A stretch of 64,000 nucleotides of DNA from Lama guanicoe (taxonomy: Eukaryota). Under the pieces are notes generated by a model. That model worked only from the letters and a program-made list of their open reading frames with translations, made no database searches and was not told the origin of the DNA. The stretch spans positions 4,814,214 to 4,878,213 of the forward strand of contig MU054323.1 of NCBI GenBank assembly GCA_013239625.1. Reading direction: 5' to 3'. Made by a program: the position numbers and the translations under genes. Below are positions 27,586-39,860 of this stretch, piece by piece. Position 1 is the first letter of the stretch, and every line of letters begins with the position of its first letter.

Positions 27586-27840
27586 CTGAAGACATTTAGA
27601 GAAGCATTAGCCTTGAGACTCTCTGAAGAGCTTCCGTTTGCATGTTCCTGTATGTGTGTGTTGTGGGGGTGTCACTTGAGAATTCGGGGACAAAATAAGA
27701 GAGAATGAAGAATGTCAGAAATCTCTGGAGAGATGTGGGAAGCACATGTTTGGGTGTTCCCAGAGACAGTGGGTACTGGGTGTACTGCGTGGGGGGCTCC
27801 TTGGAGGTCTGTGTTTCTGTCTGCGCTGGGGAGAAGAATG
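27586..27840 (-). ncRNA. Candidate first exon ending in a consensus donor
   Basis: Apparently unique sequence just downstream (minus sense) of an IRF/ETS motif, ending ...ATGTCTTCAG|GTAAGC; 5' boundary is a guess. Confidence 0.3.
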
Positions 27841-27845
27841 TTGTA

Positions 27846-27864
27846 GAAAATGAAATCGGAAGTG
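27846..27864 (+). promoter_or_regulatory. Overlapping ISRE-like and IRF-ETS composite element
   Basis: GAAAATGAAATCGGAAGTG = GAAANNGAAA + GAAANNGGAA + ETS core CGGAAGTG. Confidence 0.5.
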
Positions 27865-29596
27865 CACAGAAAAAAAAAAAAGTAATCGTGGCATAGATGC
27901 AATTCCTACCCACTTCTCAATGACATTTGGGTACAACTGTATTTTTCAAGTTTTATACAATAAGCAGATATCATAAGACCCTTGACATTTACAAGGGATA
28001 AATCCCAAGATCTTTGCAAATTTCTAGCTTTGCAAATACAGAGAAGTTTGTATAGTCTCTTGACTTTCTCAAAAATTATATGTTCTTCAGGAGAAATAAG
28101 TTTCTAGGGCATTTCCTTACATGATCACCAAGGCTTATTGCTTCTCACTGCAACATATATATGGATTCTAGCCTCACCTTTTAAATGTCACTATGAGCAC
28201 TTTAGTTTAAGCTGCATCTTCTTCTTGAAAACCACAATAGCCACTAAATCTGTTATCCATGTTTCCATTTTTGAACTGCACATAGCCCAGAATATTAATG
28301 AAGTGTGTATCATATGTCATTCCTTTGCTTAAAATCTTTCCATTGCTTTTAGAAACTAAAACCTGCACTCACATTGCCATGACTTAAAAAGTCCTTTATA
28401 ATCTAAAATTTCTAAATGTAGAACTTCTCTTGCACTGCCCTTCTCTGTGTTTAATATGCTGCAGCCACTCTGACCTCTGGGAGCACAAACTGACAATAAC
28501 CAGCATATGGCCTTACTGTGGAAAAGATTAAAATTCATCCTTAGAGACACTGAAAACAATGTCAAGTCACAGATACTCAGCAGTGCTCACTGTTTCAGTC
28601 AGCATGGGCTAAGTTATGCTGCTTTAACAGGCTACCACAAATCTTTTGGGATTCACACAAAATGATAATTTTTTTATTTATAAAAAATCCACCCTAGGTC
28701 TAGGAAACTCTCCGTGGCAGCTCTCCTCCACCCAGCCTGCTGCACCCTTGGGACTTGGCTAACCCAGCATGAGGATGTCTTCGTAACAGCTGCAGCAGTA
28801 GAATAATAAAACTGAAAACTTCTCAGGGTGTTTTCATTGCCCTGGCTTGAAAGTGATGCGCTTTACTGGCCAGAAGCTGTCACGTGGGCTCATCTCACTG
28901 TAAGGAGGTTGGGAAGTGCAGCTCCTGTAAGGTGAGGCAGGAGAGGAGAGCTGGATACTGGTGATCACTGGTAAGTCCTGCTATAGTTTGTGCTCCCAGT
29001 TCTAATATATGAAGTTTAAATTTTATGCAAAATACACACTCCCTTGCCAAGGAAGACCACCCAAGTCTTATCCAACAACAGCTCTAACGTTTACGTGCTG
29101 TGTAATAATGGTCTCTCCGTCAGATGTGAACATGGCTTGTCTTGGACTGGAAACCTATGAACTCAGATGAGAACCATCTGCTCCTCCCCATACACACTTA
29201 GCAGACAATGGCACAATAAGGCTTGGATAATTGCAGTAAACATTCTCATTCTGAAAAAAGAATGATGAGAGTCACACAGCAGTCTTTGGTCCTTAGAAAT
29301 TCTGAAACCCCACTAGCAGACATAGGGTAAATGACCTATCTTGAAGGCAGAGAATATTCCTTGATGAAGCCCTTATCCTGCTCTTCCAGGAGAAATTCTC
29401 TTTTCCATTTTTTTCAGAGGCCTCCTGGCTCCATTTTCTGAAAGCTTTTTCCCCTCCTCTGTCTCTCATTATCTTCCACATCCGTATCTGAAACGGACTT
29501 TGGGGGATAGGCCCTTCATGGGGACTATAACAGGTTCTCAATCCACTACCTGCCTATGGAAGCATGGGGGCTCAAGGATCATTTTGACAATGAATG

Positions 29597-29770
29597 TTAA
29601 CATTTATTGGATGCTTTCAACGTGATCAAAATTATACTGAGCAATTGCATGCATTTAATCCTCACAATAGCTTTTTGAAATGGTATTTTAATGATTCCTG
29701 TTTCAATTGCCCAGGGTTCCATGGCTAGCCCATAATGGGACTTGGATTCAGACTCTGTTCTGCTCTGATA
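29597..29770 (-). mobile_element. MIR inside the MaLR internal region
   Basis: ACATTTATTGGATGCTT...CATTTAATCCTCACAATAGC...GGGACTTGGATTCAGACTCTG. Confidence 0.65.
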
Positions 29771-30819
29771 CCAATTTGTAATGTTTCCTTTACTTCTATT
29801 GTCTTTATACTTCTGAGTTAAAGGAATTGTTTCAAGAATTGTTAGAGGTAATCCCTGGAGTAGCTGGACATAATTAATATTTTTGACAAATGCAAAAGTC
29901 ATTTTTAAGCCTCAAGGAATCACAGGCTTTGTTTTAGTCTAAGCTCCAAGTTTCTTTAGCAACGTGATACTACACACACACATACACACACACACGTGCA
30001 TGCACACACACACACATGCATGGTAGGGTTCTTACATATTTGAATCCATTAGATCCATGTACCAGGAAACATACATTTTTTTTTTACAGATTCCTAGGTC
30101 CAGTAATTTCTCTGATTTTATTTACTTATTTTTTTGTCCTCTTGATTTTTTCTATCAACCTACTGAGTCTATTTTGCCTAGTAGATGAAAAGGCTACATC
30201 AAAAATAAATGTGATCTTTACCTCAACATATTTTAAATATTGATATTAATTTCTGGGCATTGACCTTTAATCTAATCTTTGTTTCAAGGCACTTTTAGTC
30301 TTTTGAGAAGTTTTAATAAAAGGCAGGAAGGCCTTTAATTTATTCATTGTTAGATGGCTAAATTTTTTACAGATTTTTCACTTTCAAAGTTTTTATTATA
30401 TTCATCACTTATAGTTTGGGATCAAAAGCAATCAACTTCCCCAATATTGCAAAACCTGGAATGTTTGTGATCCCATTATTCCTTTCCATAGCCAGTTATT
30501 TTCTGAGTTCATCACTTTCTTGAAACATAATATAAAATCTGGCCTATTTTATTCAAAATACACTAATAAAATTCAATTTTCCAATCATTTCCTCTAGACT
30601 CTCAGTTCAAGAGGGAAAGTTCATCACTTACATGATCTAATGCTTAAATTACCCCAGGCAAGAGTTTTATCACTGTATCATATATGACAAATGTTCTGCC
30701 AGTTTTAAATATAAATCATCATATTTTCAGGCACCTATAACAGCAGTGTCACATATATTAGGTTTTTGCGATGACAGGACCCCACTTCCAGTACCAATTT
30801 TCTGTATCAGTGAGAGGAG

Positions 30820-31406
30820 TGTCTTGGTGGTTCATAAGATCACCCTAGGCTTAGTGATTCACTAAAAGGACTGAGAACTCAGAAGTCATCATACTCATGG
30901 CTGTGGTTTATCACCATAGTGAAAAGATACAAAGCAAAATCAGGAAATAGTGCATCAGGCAAAGTCTGAAGGAAACCAGGAACAAGCTTCCAAGGGTTTT
31001 CTCCCACTGGAATCACCCAAGACACACTTAATTCTTCCTGCTGTAAACTGTAGCAGACTATGTGAAGTGTTGTCTGCTAGGAAGTTTTCTTGAGCCCAAG
31101 AGCCTTACATTTTCATTGGGGGTTGATCACGCAAGCACACACTGCCTTCATGACTGGCTGCGATTAACAAAACAAGAGACTATCGAAAAGAAGGCAGGTG
31201 TCTACCACAAACCACATTGCTCCCACAAGCTGGACAAACTGGTAGAGTTTCCTTCAAAGCTCCAGACATGCAAAACACACTTATCAGAACATTTCAAACA
31301 TACCATTTCCAGTAACCCACCAAGGACCAGCCAAGAAAATCAGTTTGTCTGGGAATGCACAAGTTTTTAGCAACTCAGACCTGATGAATTGACTCTTTCC
31401 TGCACA
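30820..31406 (-). mobile_element. MER21/MER77-like solo LTR inserted in the MaLR 5' LTR
   Basis: AAGATCACCCTAGGCTTAGTGATTCACTAAAAGGACT...AACCAGGAACAAGCTTCCAAG...GACTCTTTCCTGCACA, TG...CA ends. Confidence 0.75.
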
Positions 31407-32989
31407 CGCATGTTAGAATACACTATGATAACCGAAACAACCCTCTAATTTCATTGACTTAAGACAACAAAAGCATTTCACCACCACCACCCACCCCACT
31501 GATGTAAAATGTATTGAAAATCTGCAGGACTCTCCAAGGCACTTGACCGCCACTCAGTAGCTCAGTAACCCATGCTGCTTCTGTTCTTTGGTTCTGCCTT
31601 GGGAGCACAAGGCTTTGCCTGCCACAGGAGGGGCAGAGGAACACGATACTGGAGAATCTCCCAGGGCTCTTCATTGCATCAGCCACTAACAGATGCTACT
31701 TTTGCTCTCATTTCATTGGTTCTTAGAGGGCCCTACCTAACTGCAAGGCTGAGGGACTTCAGACTCACATGTGCACAAAATGGAACAGAGATCCAGTTAT
31801 CAGTGAGAACTAGTGGTGTCCATCATATTTGCAAATTATCAATACTGTGGATGTTAAATCCATGTATGAAAGAGAGCTCATACATATAATCAGGAAAATC
31901 ATTTTTAAAATTACTGAGAAGTTAAAAAGCCACACAAGGGAACGAGTGGTAATAAAACTCTTTCTTTGTAATGAGGACGTTTGTCCTTTTGTTTACTCAG
32001 AGGTCAGTATCAAATCTTTTGAAAAGGAATAATATACTTTCCCCCCAGATGGGTACCATCTCTTAAAAACAAGTAAACCTTTTATTAACTTTGAGAGCCT
32101 TTGGAGAAATCTGAGAAAATCTTCTAAGACAAAAGGGAATCTCCCCAAAGCATAAACCCTGCCTCCAGAGGGGTAGAGGTGGGACTTCTATAAATTTTGA
32201 ACACTGTAGCTATCGAATGCTTTCTATGGCCCCACCCTTTTGGTGGAATATTTACATATATTAGATTAATTGTTCCTCACAAGAATCTTTTGAAATAGAT
32301 GTTTTAATAGCTCAGTTTTAGAGATAAAGATTCTAGGATTAGACAGGTAAATTAAACAGATAAATTAGGTCTGAAACACCTGCTTATAAACTACTACATA
32401 AGTTTTTGTTTGAAGGAAGATGAGCTCAGAGACTTGAGTGAGGCTCTGGTTACCAGGCATGAACAAATGAAGCAGTTGAGACTATCACTCACTCTAAATA
32501 ATTTTGCTGTCCTGTTCATTCTTCCCTTTATGCCCCAAATGATGAACAAGTATCTAGAAATAAGAAAGTTTCCTCTGATTTCTCTTACTTTTATGCTAAC
32601 TTATTATCTTGATGTGTAGACAATTGTGCTGCAAGTTAGGGCAGAACACATCAGGATGCAGAAGACATAGGCATGTGGGGGATACAAGAGGGAAGGAGGT
32701 ACAGGAGGTAACGGGCTTGTGGGGGGTGTAGTGGGGCCAGGGGCAAAATGGGGCAGGCAAAGAAATAGACAAGATCATTGCCCTGAATGACTTTATTGCT
32801 CAGTCAGAGAACTAGAGTAGATAGATAAACCATAGCTAGCATCTCCAGTCTATGTATTTCTCCTAGAAGTCCAATTGATGATCAGAACAAGATATCACAC
32901 AAGGGAAAAGGTTATGATAAATAGTCTGCTTCACAGAAGATGTTGCAAAATGAGCTAATTAGAGAAGGAAATGACTAGAATAATGAAGG

Positions 32990-33190
32990 GTCAGTGTGGT
33001 AAAGTGGGTAGAACATGAAATTCAGAATCACATTTGAAACCAACTATTTCCTCTTAAGAATTACATGACTTAGGTTAAGTTCTTTCATTGTTTTTAGCCT
33101 CCACTGTTATCTGTAAAGTGAGGATAATAATACCTATGTCTTAGGTTTGGTGGAGGATTAAATGATATAATGTATATAACATACCTAGCT
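32990..33190 (+). mobile_element. MIR SINE
   Basis: TCTGTAAAGTGAGGATAATAATACCTA...GGAGGATTAAATGATATAATGTAT. Confidence 0.8.
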
Positions 33191-33259
33191 CCTTTCCTGA
33201 AATGATGTATCTGTTTTTCCTCATCCTTGCTTCAAGGCTAGGATGATCACTGTTTCTCT

Positions 33260-33750
33260 GCCAATCAATTCCTTAATTAAAGAAACATTTACAGAATTTC
33301 TATTATACAATATTTGCTTTTCCAGTTGTTTAGGATTGCATGGTGAAAAACTAGGTTTCTGCTTTCTTAGAGTTTATATTTTTTAGGAATCATAAAAAAA
33401 GTAATCAAATAATTATACATGCTCATTTCAAATGTTTATACATTTTACGAGGTAATTAACAATGTGATTTAACTTTGAAGGGGAGGATGGTATAGTCAGG
33501 GACAACCTCTCAGATCAGGTGATATCCGGAGCAGGGGAAATGGAGATAACTTTTTCCAGTTGGAATAACATGTGTAAAGACACAAATTTGATGGTGGAGC
33601 TTCAAGTCTTGGTAGAAGGAAAGAGTGGCTGATGTTTAGCAAACACCGGGGAGAATGATGGGAGAGAGGCTGGCATGAAGGCATGGTCCAGAAAACCTAG
33701 GTTCTTTCAAACCTCAGTAAAGTGTCTGGGTTTATTCTCAGGGGCAGCTG
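33260..33750 (-). mobile_element. LINE-2 3' fragment
   Basis: Antisense L2 pattern TAGTCAGGGACAACCTCTCAGATCAGGTGATAT...GAATAACATGTGTAAAGACAC. Confidence 0.55.
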
Positions 33751-34784
33751 TGACAAAGACAGCCCATTCCTGGGAGGAAGTGCAGTGAGAGGGATCCTCT
33801 GGGCAGACAGATGGTGAGGATTCTTGGTGCCATGATCAGGAATTTAAACAATCTAATTATATCACTTCAGAACTAGACCCAGCTCTTCCCAAGCAGCCCA
33901 GGACCTTTTTCTTGCTTGACTAAACGTGATCATTAGATAATTCACATTTTTCTCAACCCATTTTCTTTTTTCAGGCCATTGAAACATGTAACCTAGTCCA
34001 GCCATGCTGAATTTTCATTCCAATGAATAAACTCTCTTTTACTGCCTCCCTGACTGTCCCCTGTGCAATTTCCTGGGTGTTTCTCCTGTTTGGTTCCTGG
34101 TCATGCCTCTGTTACTGTTTTCATTATTTTAAAAATGGAGAGGATGTGTTTCTGCTGAAGTTGCCCAATCTTGTTTTCACTCCATTGGACTCCAAAGTGT
34201 GCTGTCTGGCTGCCGGCAGATGGATGAGGCAGAAAAGGCACCGATTTGATTTTCCCTTTCAATTTTCAGATCTTTCACTGCTTCCCTGGTTTTGTTTTCT
34301 CTTCTAACAGTGCATCTAAATATGTGCCTTTCCTTCCTCTCGAGGTAATCCTTTTTATTGCTTTTACCTGTAACATTTGTCTTTGATGGTTTCTGGATAT
34401 GTGTTTAGGATCAAAGACGTTCTGTTCTAGGCTTAGTTATCATGTCTGTGCTTTAAACTTAGTTATCCTTTTGTACGATGATTTTTCTTTTGGCTTATTT
34501 TTCAGCTTTCTCTTCTTAGAGATTCCTTCACTTAGGGTGTCACAATAGTGTATTTTAAATAAGCTTTTTTGCCTCCAGAACTTTTAATGTGTCAGATGGT
34601 ATCTTACTGTTGGTATTTTGAAAGAAAAATATTACCTTGGAGAAGCTCAATATTCCTGCACAAGTTCTTTTTACTTCTGTTTTAACACCCAACAATCAAT
34701 TGATATACACTCCCTAAATCGGGTCTCCACTCAAGGCAAAGAAAAAAAAAAAAAAAAAAAAAAAAAACACTTCAACACAAAAAA

Positions 34785-34840
34785 NNNNNNNNNNNNNNNN
34801 NNNNNNNNNNNNNNNNNNNNNNNNNNNNNNNNNNNNNNNN
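34785..34840. other. Assembly gap (56 N) within a polyA tract
   Basis: N run flanked by long A homopolymers. Confidence 0.98.
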
Positions 34841-35874
34841 AAAAAAAAAAAAAAAAAAAAAAAAACTAGCTACTCAACCATTGTGCAGTAAATCTAACAA
34901 GGCTGCTCAAATAAGTGTCTTCAGGTTATTTAAAATAATTTCCTGTGATTGCTCTCTTACTTAACCAGAAATCACAACAACCACAGGAATCAAAAGACTG
35001 TTATATATTCATGGTGGAGGCAGAATGCACACAAAGTGTATGATTATAAAAGGACATATTCATAGCTAAATATTTGGAATATCTCTATATTTTATAATGC
35101 CATCTATTATTTCCTCCTTTTGTTTTAATTTTTTAGGACCTCTAGTTTTCCTTATTAGCTAAGAGAGTTTACTCTTAGCTGTATACACTGTGTTTTAGGA
35201 CAATACTTGACAGTTTAGGTTTGACTAAAAAATTTGCAATTTTCATGTTTTAATATACTTTTCAATGACACATAAGGTTGACGTGTACGGACATGCACCC
35301 TTCCTTTTTTATGTGCATTTTCTTCAATTCTGATCCCAAGTTTCAAGTAAAGATTTAAAGGTTTTTGTAAAATATATCATAATTATTCCTTTAGGTATTT
35401 CTAAAACTTGCTGGTTGAAGTGTAGTACTGACAAAATTATAGATAGACATTAGCATGTATTGGCATCATATTTTAGTCTGTTTGAATGCGTGTATTTTCA
35501 TCATTATGAAAACAATATAACCACAGTATAAAATTATAAGAAACTGAAAAAAGGGAAACTTATTATCTTAATGTAATCATACTATCTTAATATAAACTGC
35601 TTACATTTCAGATCACAAAGGCTTAGTTCTTGAGATGCTTATAATGCTCCTACACACCCAGAACTTTCTCGATCCTGAGAATATAAAGAAGAAATGGAAC
35701 AGTTTCTGAGCCCCCAAGGGGTCCCAGTGGAGATGGAAGTCTCCTACAAAGCCAGCAAGATGATCTTAGATTACTGTGTCAGACGCTAAGAGAGAACTAT
35801 TCAGAGGAGCCTTAGGTGTACACAGGAAGGAAGTAAAGAGTCTCAGGAAAGATAATTCCTGGGTGTTATATCTT

Positions 35875-36822
35875 TTTTTTTCCCCAGTCATGCATATACA
35901 CACATATATTCATTTTCGTATTCTTTTTCATTAAAAGTTATTACAAGCTATTGAATATAGCTCCCTGTGCTATACAGAAGGAATTTGTTTTTTTAATCTA
36001 CTTTTATATATAGTGGCTAACACTTGCAAATCTCAAACTCCCAAATTTATCCTTTCCCATCCCCTTTCCCCCAGTAACCATAAGATTGTTTACTATGTCT
36101 ACGAATCTGTTTCTGTTTTGTAGATGAATTCATTAGTATCCTCTTTTTTCTTTTTTTAGATTCCACATATGAGTGATATCATATGTATTTTTCTTTCTCT
36201 TTCTGCCTTACTTCACTTACAATGATGATCTCTAGGTCCATTTATGTTGCTGCAAATGGTATTAGTTTATTCTTTTTTATGGCTGAGTAATATTCCATTG
36301 TCTAAACATACCACAACTTCCTTAACCAGGCATCTGTTGATAGACAGTTAGGTTTCTTCCATGTCTTTGCTATTGTATATAGTGCTGCTATGAACATTGG
36401 GGTGCATGTGTCTTTTCCAATTAGAGTTCCCTCCAGATATATGCCCAGGAGTGGGATTGCTGGATCAGATGGTAAATCTATTTTTAGTTTTTTGAGAAAT
36501 ATCCATAGTACTTTCCATAATGGCTGCAGCAAACTACATTCCCACCAGCTGTGTAGGGGGGTTCCCTTTTCTCCACACCCTCTCCAGCATTTTTTGTTCT
36601 TGGACTTGTGAATGATGGCCATTCTGACTGGTATGAGGTGCTACCTCATTGTAGTTTTGATTTTCATTTCTCTGATAATTAGCAATATTGAGCATTTTTT
36701 CATGTGCCTATTGGCCATTTATATGTCTTCATTAGAGAATTGCTTGTTTAGGTCTTCTGCCCATTTTCAGATTTGGTTTTTTTTTTTTTTTTTTTTATTA
36801 AGTTGTATGAGCTATATATACG
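35875..36822 (-). mobile_element. Young 5'-truncated L1 (ORF2 C-terminus plus 3'UTR), 19-bp TSD
   Basis: ORF 36302..36622 ([19 protein letters not shown]...[10 protein letters not shown]) is the ORF2 Cys-rich domain; TSD TTCCTGGGTGTTATATCTT (35856-35874) and TTCCTGGGGGTTATATCTT (36823-36841). Confidence 0.95.
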
Positions 36823-38394
36823 TTCCTGGGGGTTATATCTTAAAGAATAAGTTGGGCTAACTCAAAACAGGAAGGACAGGAAGATCATTGCAGGAAAAAG
36901 AAATACATGAATCAAAGCTCACACCACAGCTTTATCTGGAGTACTATAAGCAATTCACTATTGCAGGAATATAACTAAGTGGTAAGAAATATTAGACATT
37001 ATATTTTTTTGCCAACTTCAATCTAGTCTGTGGATCACACTTTTGAAAATAGTTTTAATCAAAGGAAATGTAAATACAGAGTTGTGTTTATTTTTATGCA
37101 CATGTATATGGGTACATATATCTGTATATATTTATGCATATGCATGAATAGATACATATGGATGGGTGTATAGCATATTGTATTTAATATAAAGTCATAT
37201 GGCTACATTGTATTCTATTTAACAATTATTGTTGCATATTGCATATTGTTAAGTATTATACATTTAAAAATAAATATTGTTCAACATTAAATATTATTAA
37301 ATATTGTTAAATAAATAAAATAACATTATGGCTACTGCTCACATTAATATCATTAATCTCAGGTTTTTCTTTTCCATAGCCTGGATTATGCCTTTAGAGT
37401 ATGTTTCTAGGGTTGCTCTAACAAAACACAAAACAACTTCATGACTCTTGCTGTATACTAGAAATTACTTAACGAAATGGTTTTTACAGAATTTAACCTT
37501 CGATCTACAATGCAAGCTTGAATTCATACATTTCCCAACAGCCACTGCTAACACTGGTGGTTTTTCCCCCTTAAGTTTTGCTAATTCATTTGGTGGGCTA
37601 TTTCTTAGTCTTTAATATCAGTCCTTGTGGTACAATAAGAATTATTCTCATGTCTCAGTGATGTTATGAGGATTAATTTAAGTAATAAATGAAAACTGCT
37701 TAACACACTGGCACATATAAGTGTTCGATAAGTTATGGCTCTCATGTTATTATTATCTCTCTGACTAATAACACCTTTGTCTACTTTTTCTCTTCCTGGG
37801 TCTATTGGAGAATTAATAACTTCATGAATACTTAATGCTCACGTTAGAAAGTACTTTTATTTTATACTGGTGACTGACTACCAGCAGACAAAGCTCACAA
37901 CTATGATGAGATGCAAAAAGCAATGTGATGACTTCATGTCTCCCCCAAAATACCCATCTAGATAGACTCTTTAGCTTCAATACAATTTCATCAGAAACTT
38001 CAGGTTCAAATTAAGGAAAAATTAAAAAGGTAGCTGAATGGACTTGCCATATTCCAGGCAGGGAACTGACACTTAGCTCTATAGCTTATGTTGAAAAGCT
38101 TCACTTATACTGGAAAACATCCCAAAGTGGAAGTGAATTAAGTGACTTAAATACATGATATATTAAACAGAAATAAAGGAAAAGGAAGGAAAAACTGTGA
38201 AAATAAATGTGTACTTTGTAGATATTAAGAGACTATGCTTTAAACATCTCTGAATAATCTTCATGTTGCCCCAAAATATTAGGCTGAGCTATAAAAACAA
38301 ATAAATAAAAACAACATTATAAAAAAGACTATCAGTGTTAGTTACAGCAGTGGTACATTCTGTTTCTTTTCCTTTAAACCAGTCTCCCCCTTTT

Positions 38395-39270
38395 TGTTAG
38401 TCAGGTTTATTGAAATATAATTTATATATAACAAAATTCACCCTTTTTTAGGTGTTTATCTTAAAGCATTTGTCCATTTTAGGGAAACTACGTTATCAAA
38501 TTTATAGTCATAATGTTGGTCATAATATTCCTTTATATTTTTAATGTCTTTGGGATCTGAGGTGATGTTACCTCTTTTAGTCTTGATATTGGTAATTTGT
38601 GTCTTCTCTCTCTTTTTCTTAATTAGTCTGACCAGAGTTTTATCAATTTTATTATTGAACTTTTCTAAGGATCAGTTTTGGTTTTATCGATTATCTGAAT
38701 TTCTTTTATATTTTGAATTTCACTGATGTTTTGCTCTTTTACTACTTTCTTTGAACTTAATTTGCTCTTCCTTTTCTGCTTTCTTAAGTTGAATCTCCAA
38801 AGATTGATTTGAAATATTTCTTTTTTTCCCCTAACATTATCAATTTTTCTAAGCACCACTTAAACTGACCACATAAATATTGATATTTTCACTTTCATTT
38901 AATTCAAAATACCTCCTAACTTCCTTTTTGCTTTCTCCTTTGATGCAGGATTTATTCAGAAGTATGTTTTAAAATTTCCAGATATTTGACCATTTTTGAA
39001 TTATTATCTATTGATTTCTAGTTTCATTCCATTGCGGTTTGAGGATTTATGTTGTACAGTTTCATTCTAGAATCTTTGTGTCACAGAATATGGCCTATGT
39101 TGGTGAATAGTGTTTGTGCATTTGAAAAAAAAAAGTGTATTCTTGTGTTGTCAGGTTTCTGCCCTCTGTCCTATAAAGGTTAATTAGGTCCAGTTAGTTG
39201 ACAGTGTTGATCTTACTGACTTTACTTGTTCTATCAATTACTGAGACGTTTCCAACTATAACTGTAGATT
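38395..39270 (-). mobile_element. Old L1 fragments (ORF2 endonuclease-proximal region)
   Basis: TTGGTAATTTGTGTCTTCTCTCT, TTGATTTCTAGTTTCATTCCATTG, TATGGCCTATGTTGGTGAAT. Confidence 0.8.
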
Positions 39271-39521
39271 TTAGACTAGACATTTTTTTAATGTCATGTG
39301 TAGCAATTCTTAATGTCTAATAAATTAGCAAACTTAAAAAAATTATTTAAAGCCACATAATTAGCCAAAATGTGTCTGCTAATGCTTAAGTTCCAAGTAA
39401 TTTGGGCTTTAATCAAAATAAGAATCATCAGATACTTTTCACTGAGCAGCACATAATAACTATTTATGTGTTCATGCATAATTTAATCAAAGATATATTT
39501 TGGTATTTGGGGTCTATCCCT

Positions 39522-39860
39522 ATTTTTTTTTTACATTTTTATTGATTCATAATCATTTTACAGTGTTGTGTCAAATTCCAGTGTTCAGTACAATTTTTCA
39601 GTCATACATGGACATATACACACTCATTGTCACATTTTTTTCTCTGTGATTTATCATAACATTTTGTGTATATTTCCCTGTGCTATACAGTGTAATCTTG
39701 TTTATCTGTTCTACAATTTTGAAATCCCAGTCTATCCCTTCCCACCCTCTACCCCGCCCCCCACCCCGGTAACCACAAGTCTGTATTCTCTGTCCATGAG
39801 TCTATTTCCGTCCTGTATTTATGCTTTGTTTTTGTTTGTTTGTTTGTTTTTGTTTTTTTA
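39522..39860 (-). mobile_element. Young camelid-type L1 3' end
   Basis: PolyT then ACATTTTTATTGATTCATAATCATTTTACAGTGTTGTGTCAAATTCCAGTG...GGTAACCACAAGTCTGTATTCT. Confidence 0.88.

Larger units (their letters stand above)
28591..31825 (-). mobile_element. Two-LTR ERVL-MaLR (MLT1J/K-like) provirus with internal region
   Basis: LTR copies at 28591-~28985 (TGTTTCAGTCAGCATGGGCTAAGTTATGCTGC) and 30803-31825 (split); the internal 5' end reads GAAAATTGGTACTGGAAGTGGG on the minus strand, typical of MaLR-int. Confidence 0.75.

Noticed and set aside
34738..34866. Long polyA suggesting a retrocopy tail or poly-Lys ORF
   Set aside because: Spans an assembly gap; no recognisable element body or TSD.
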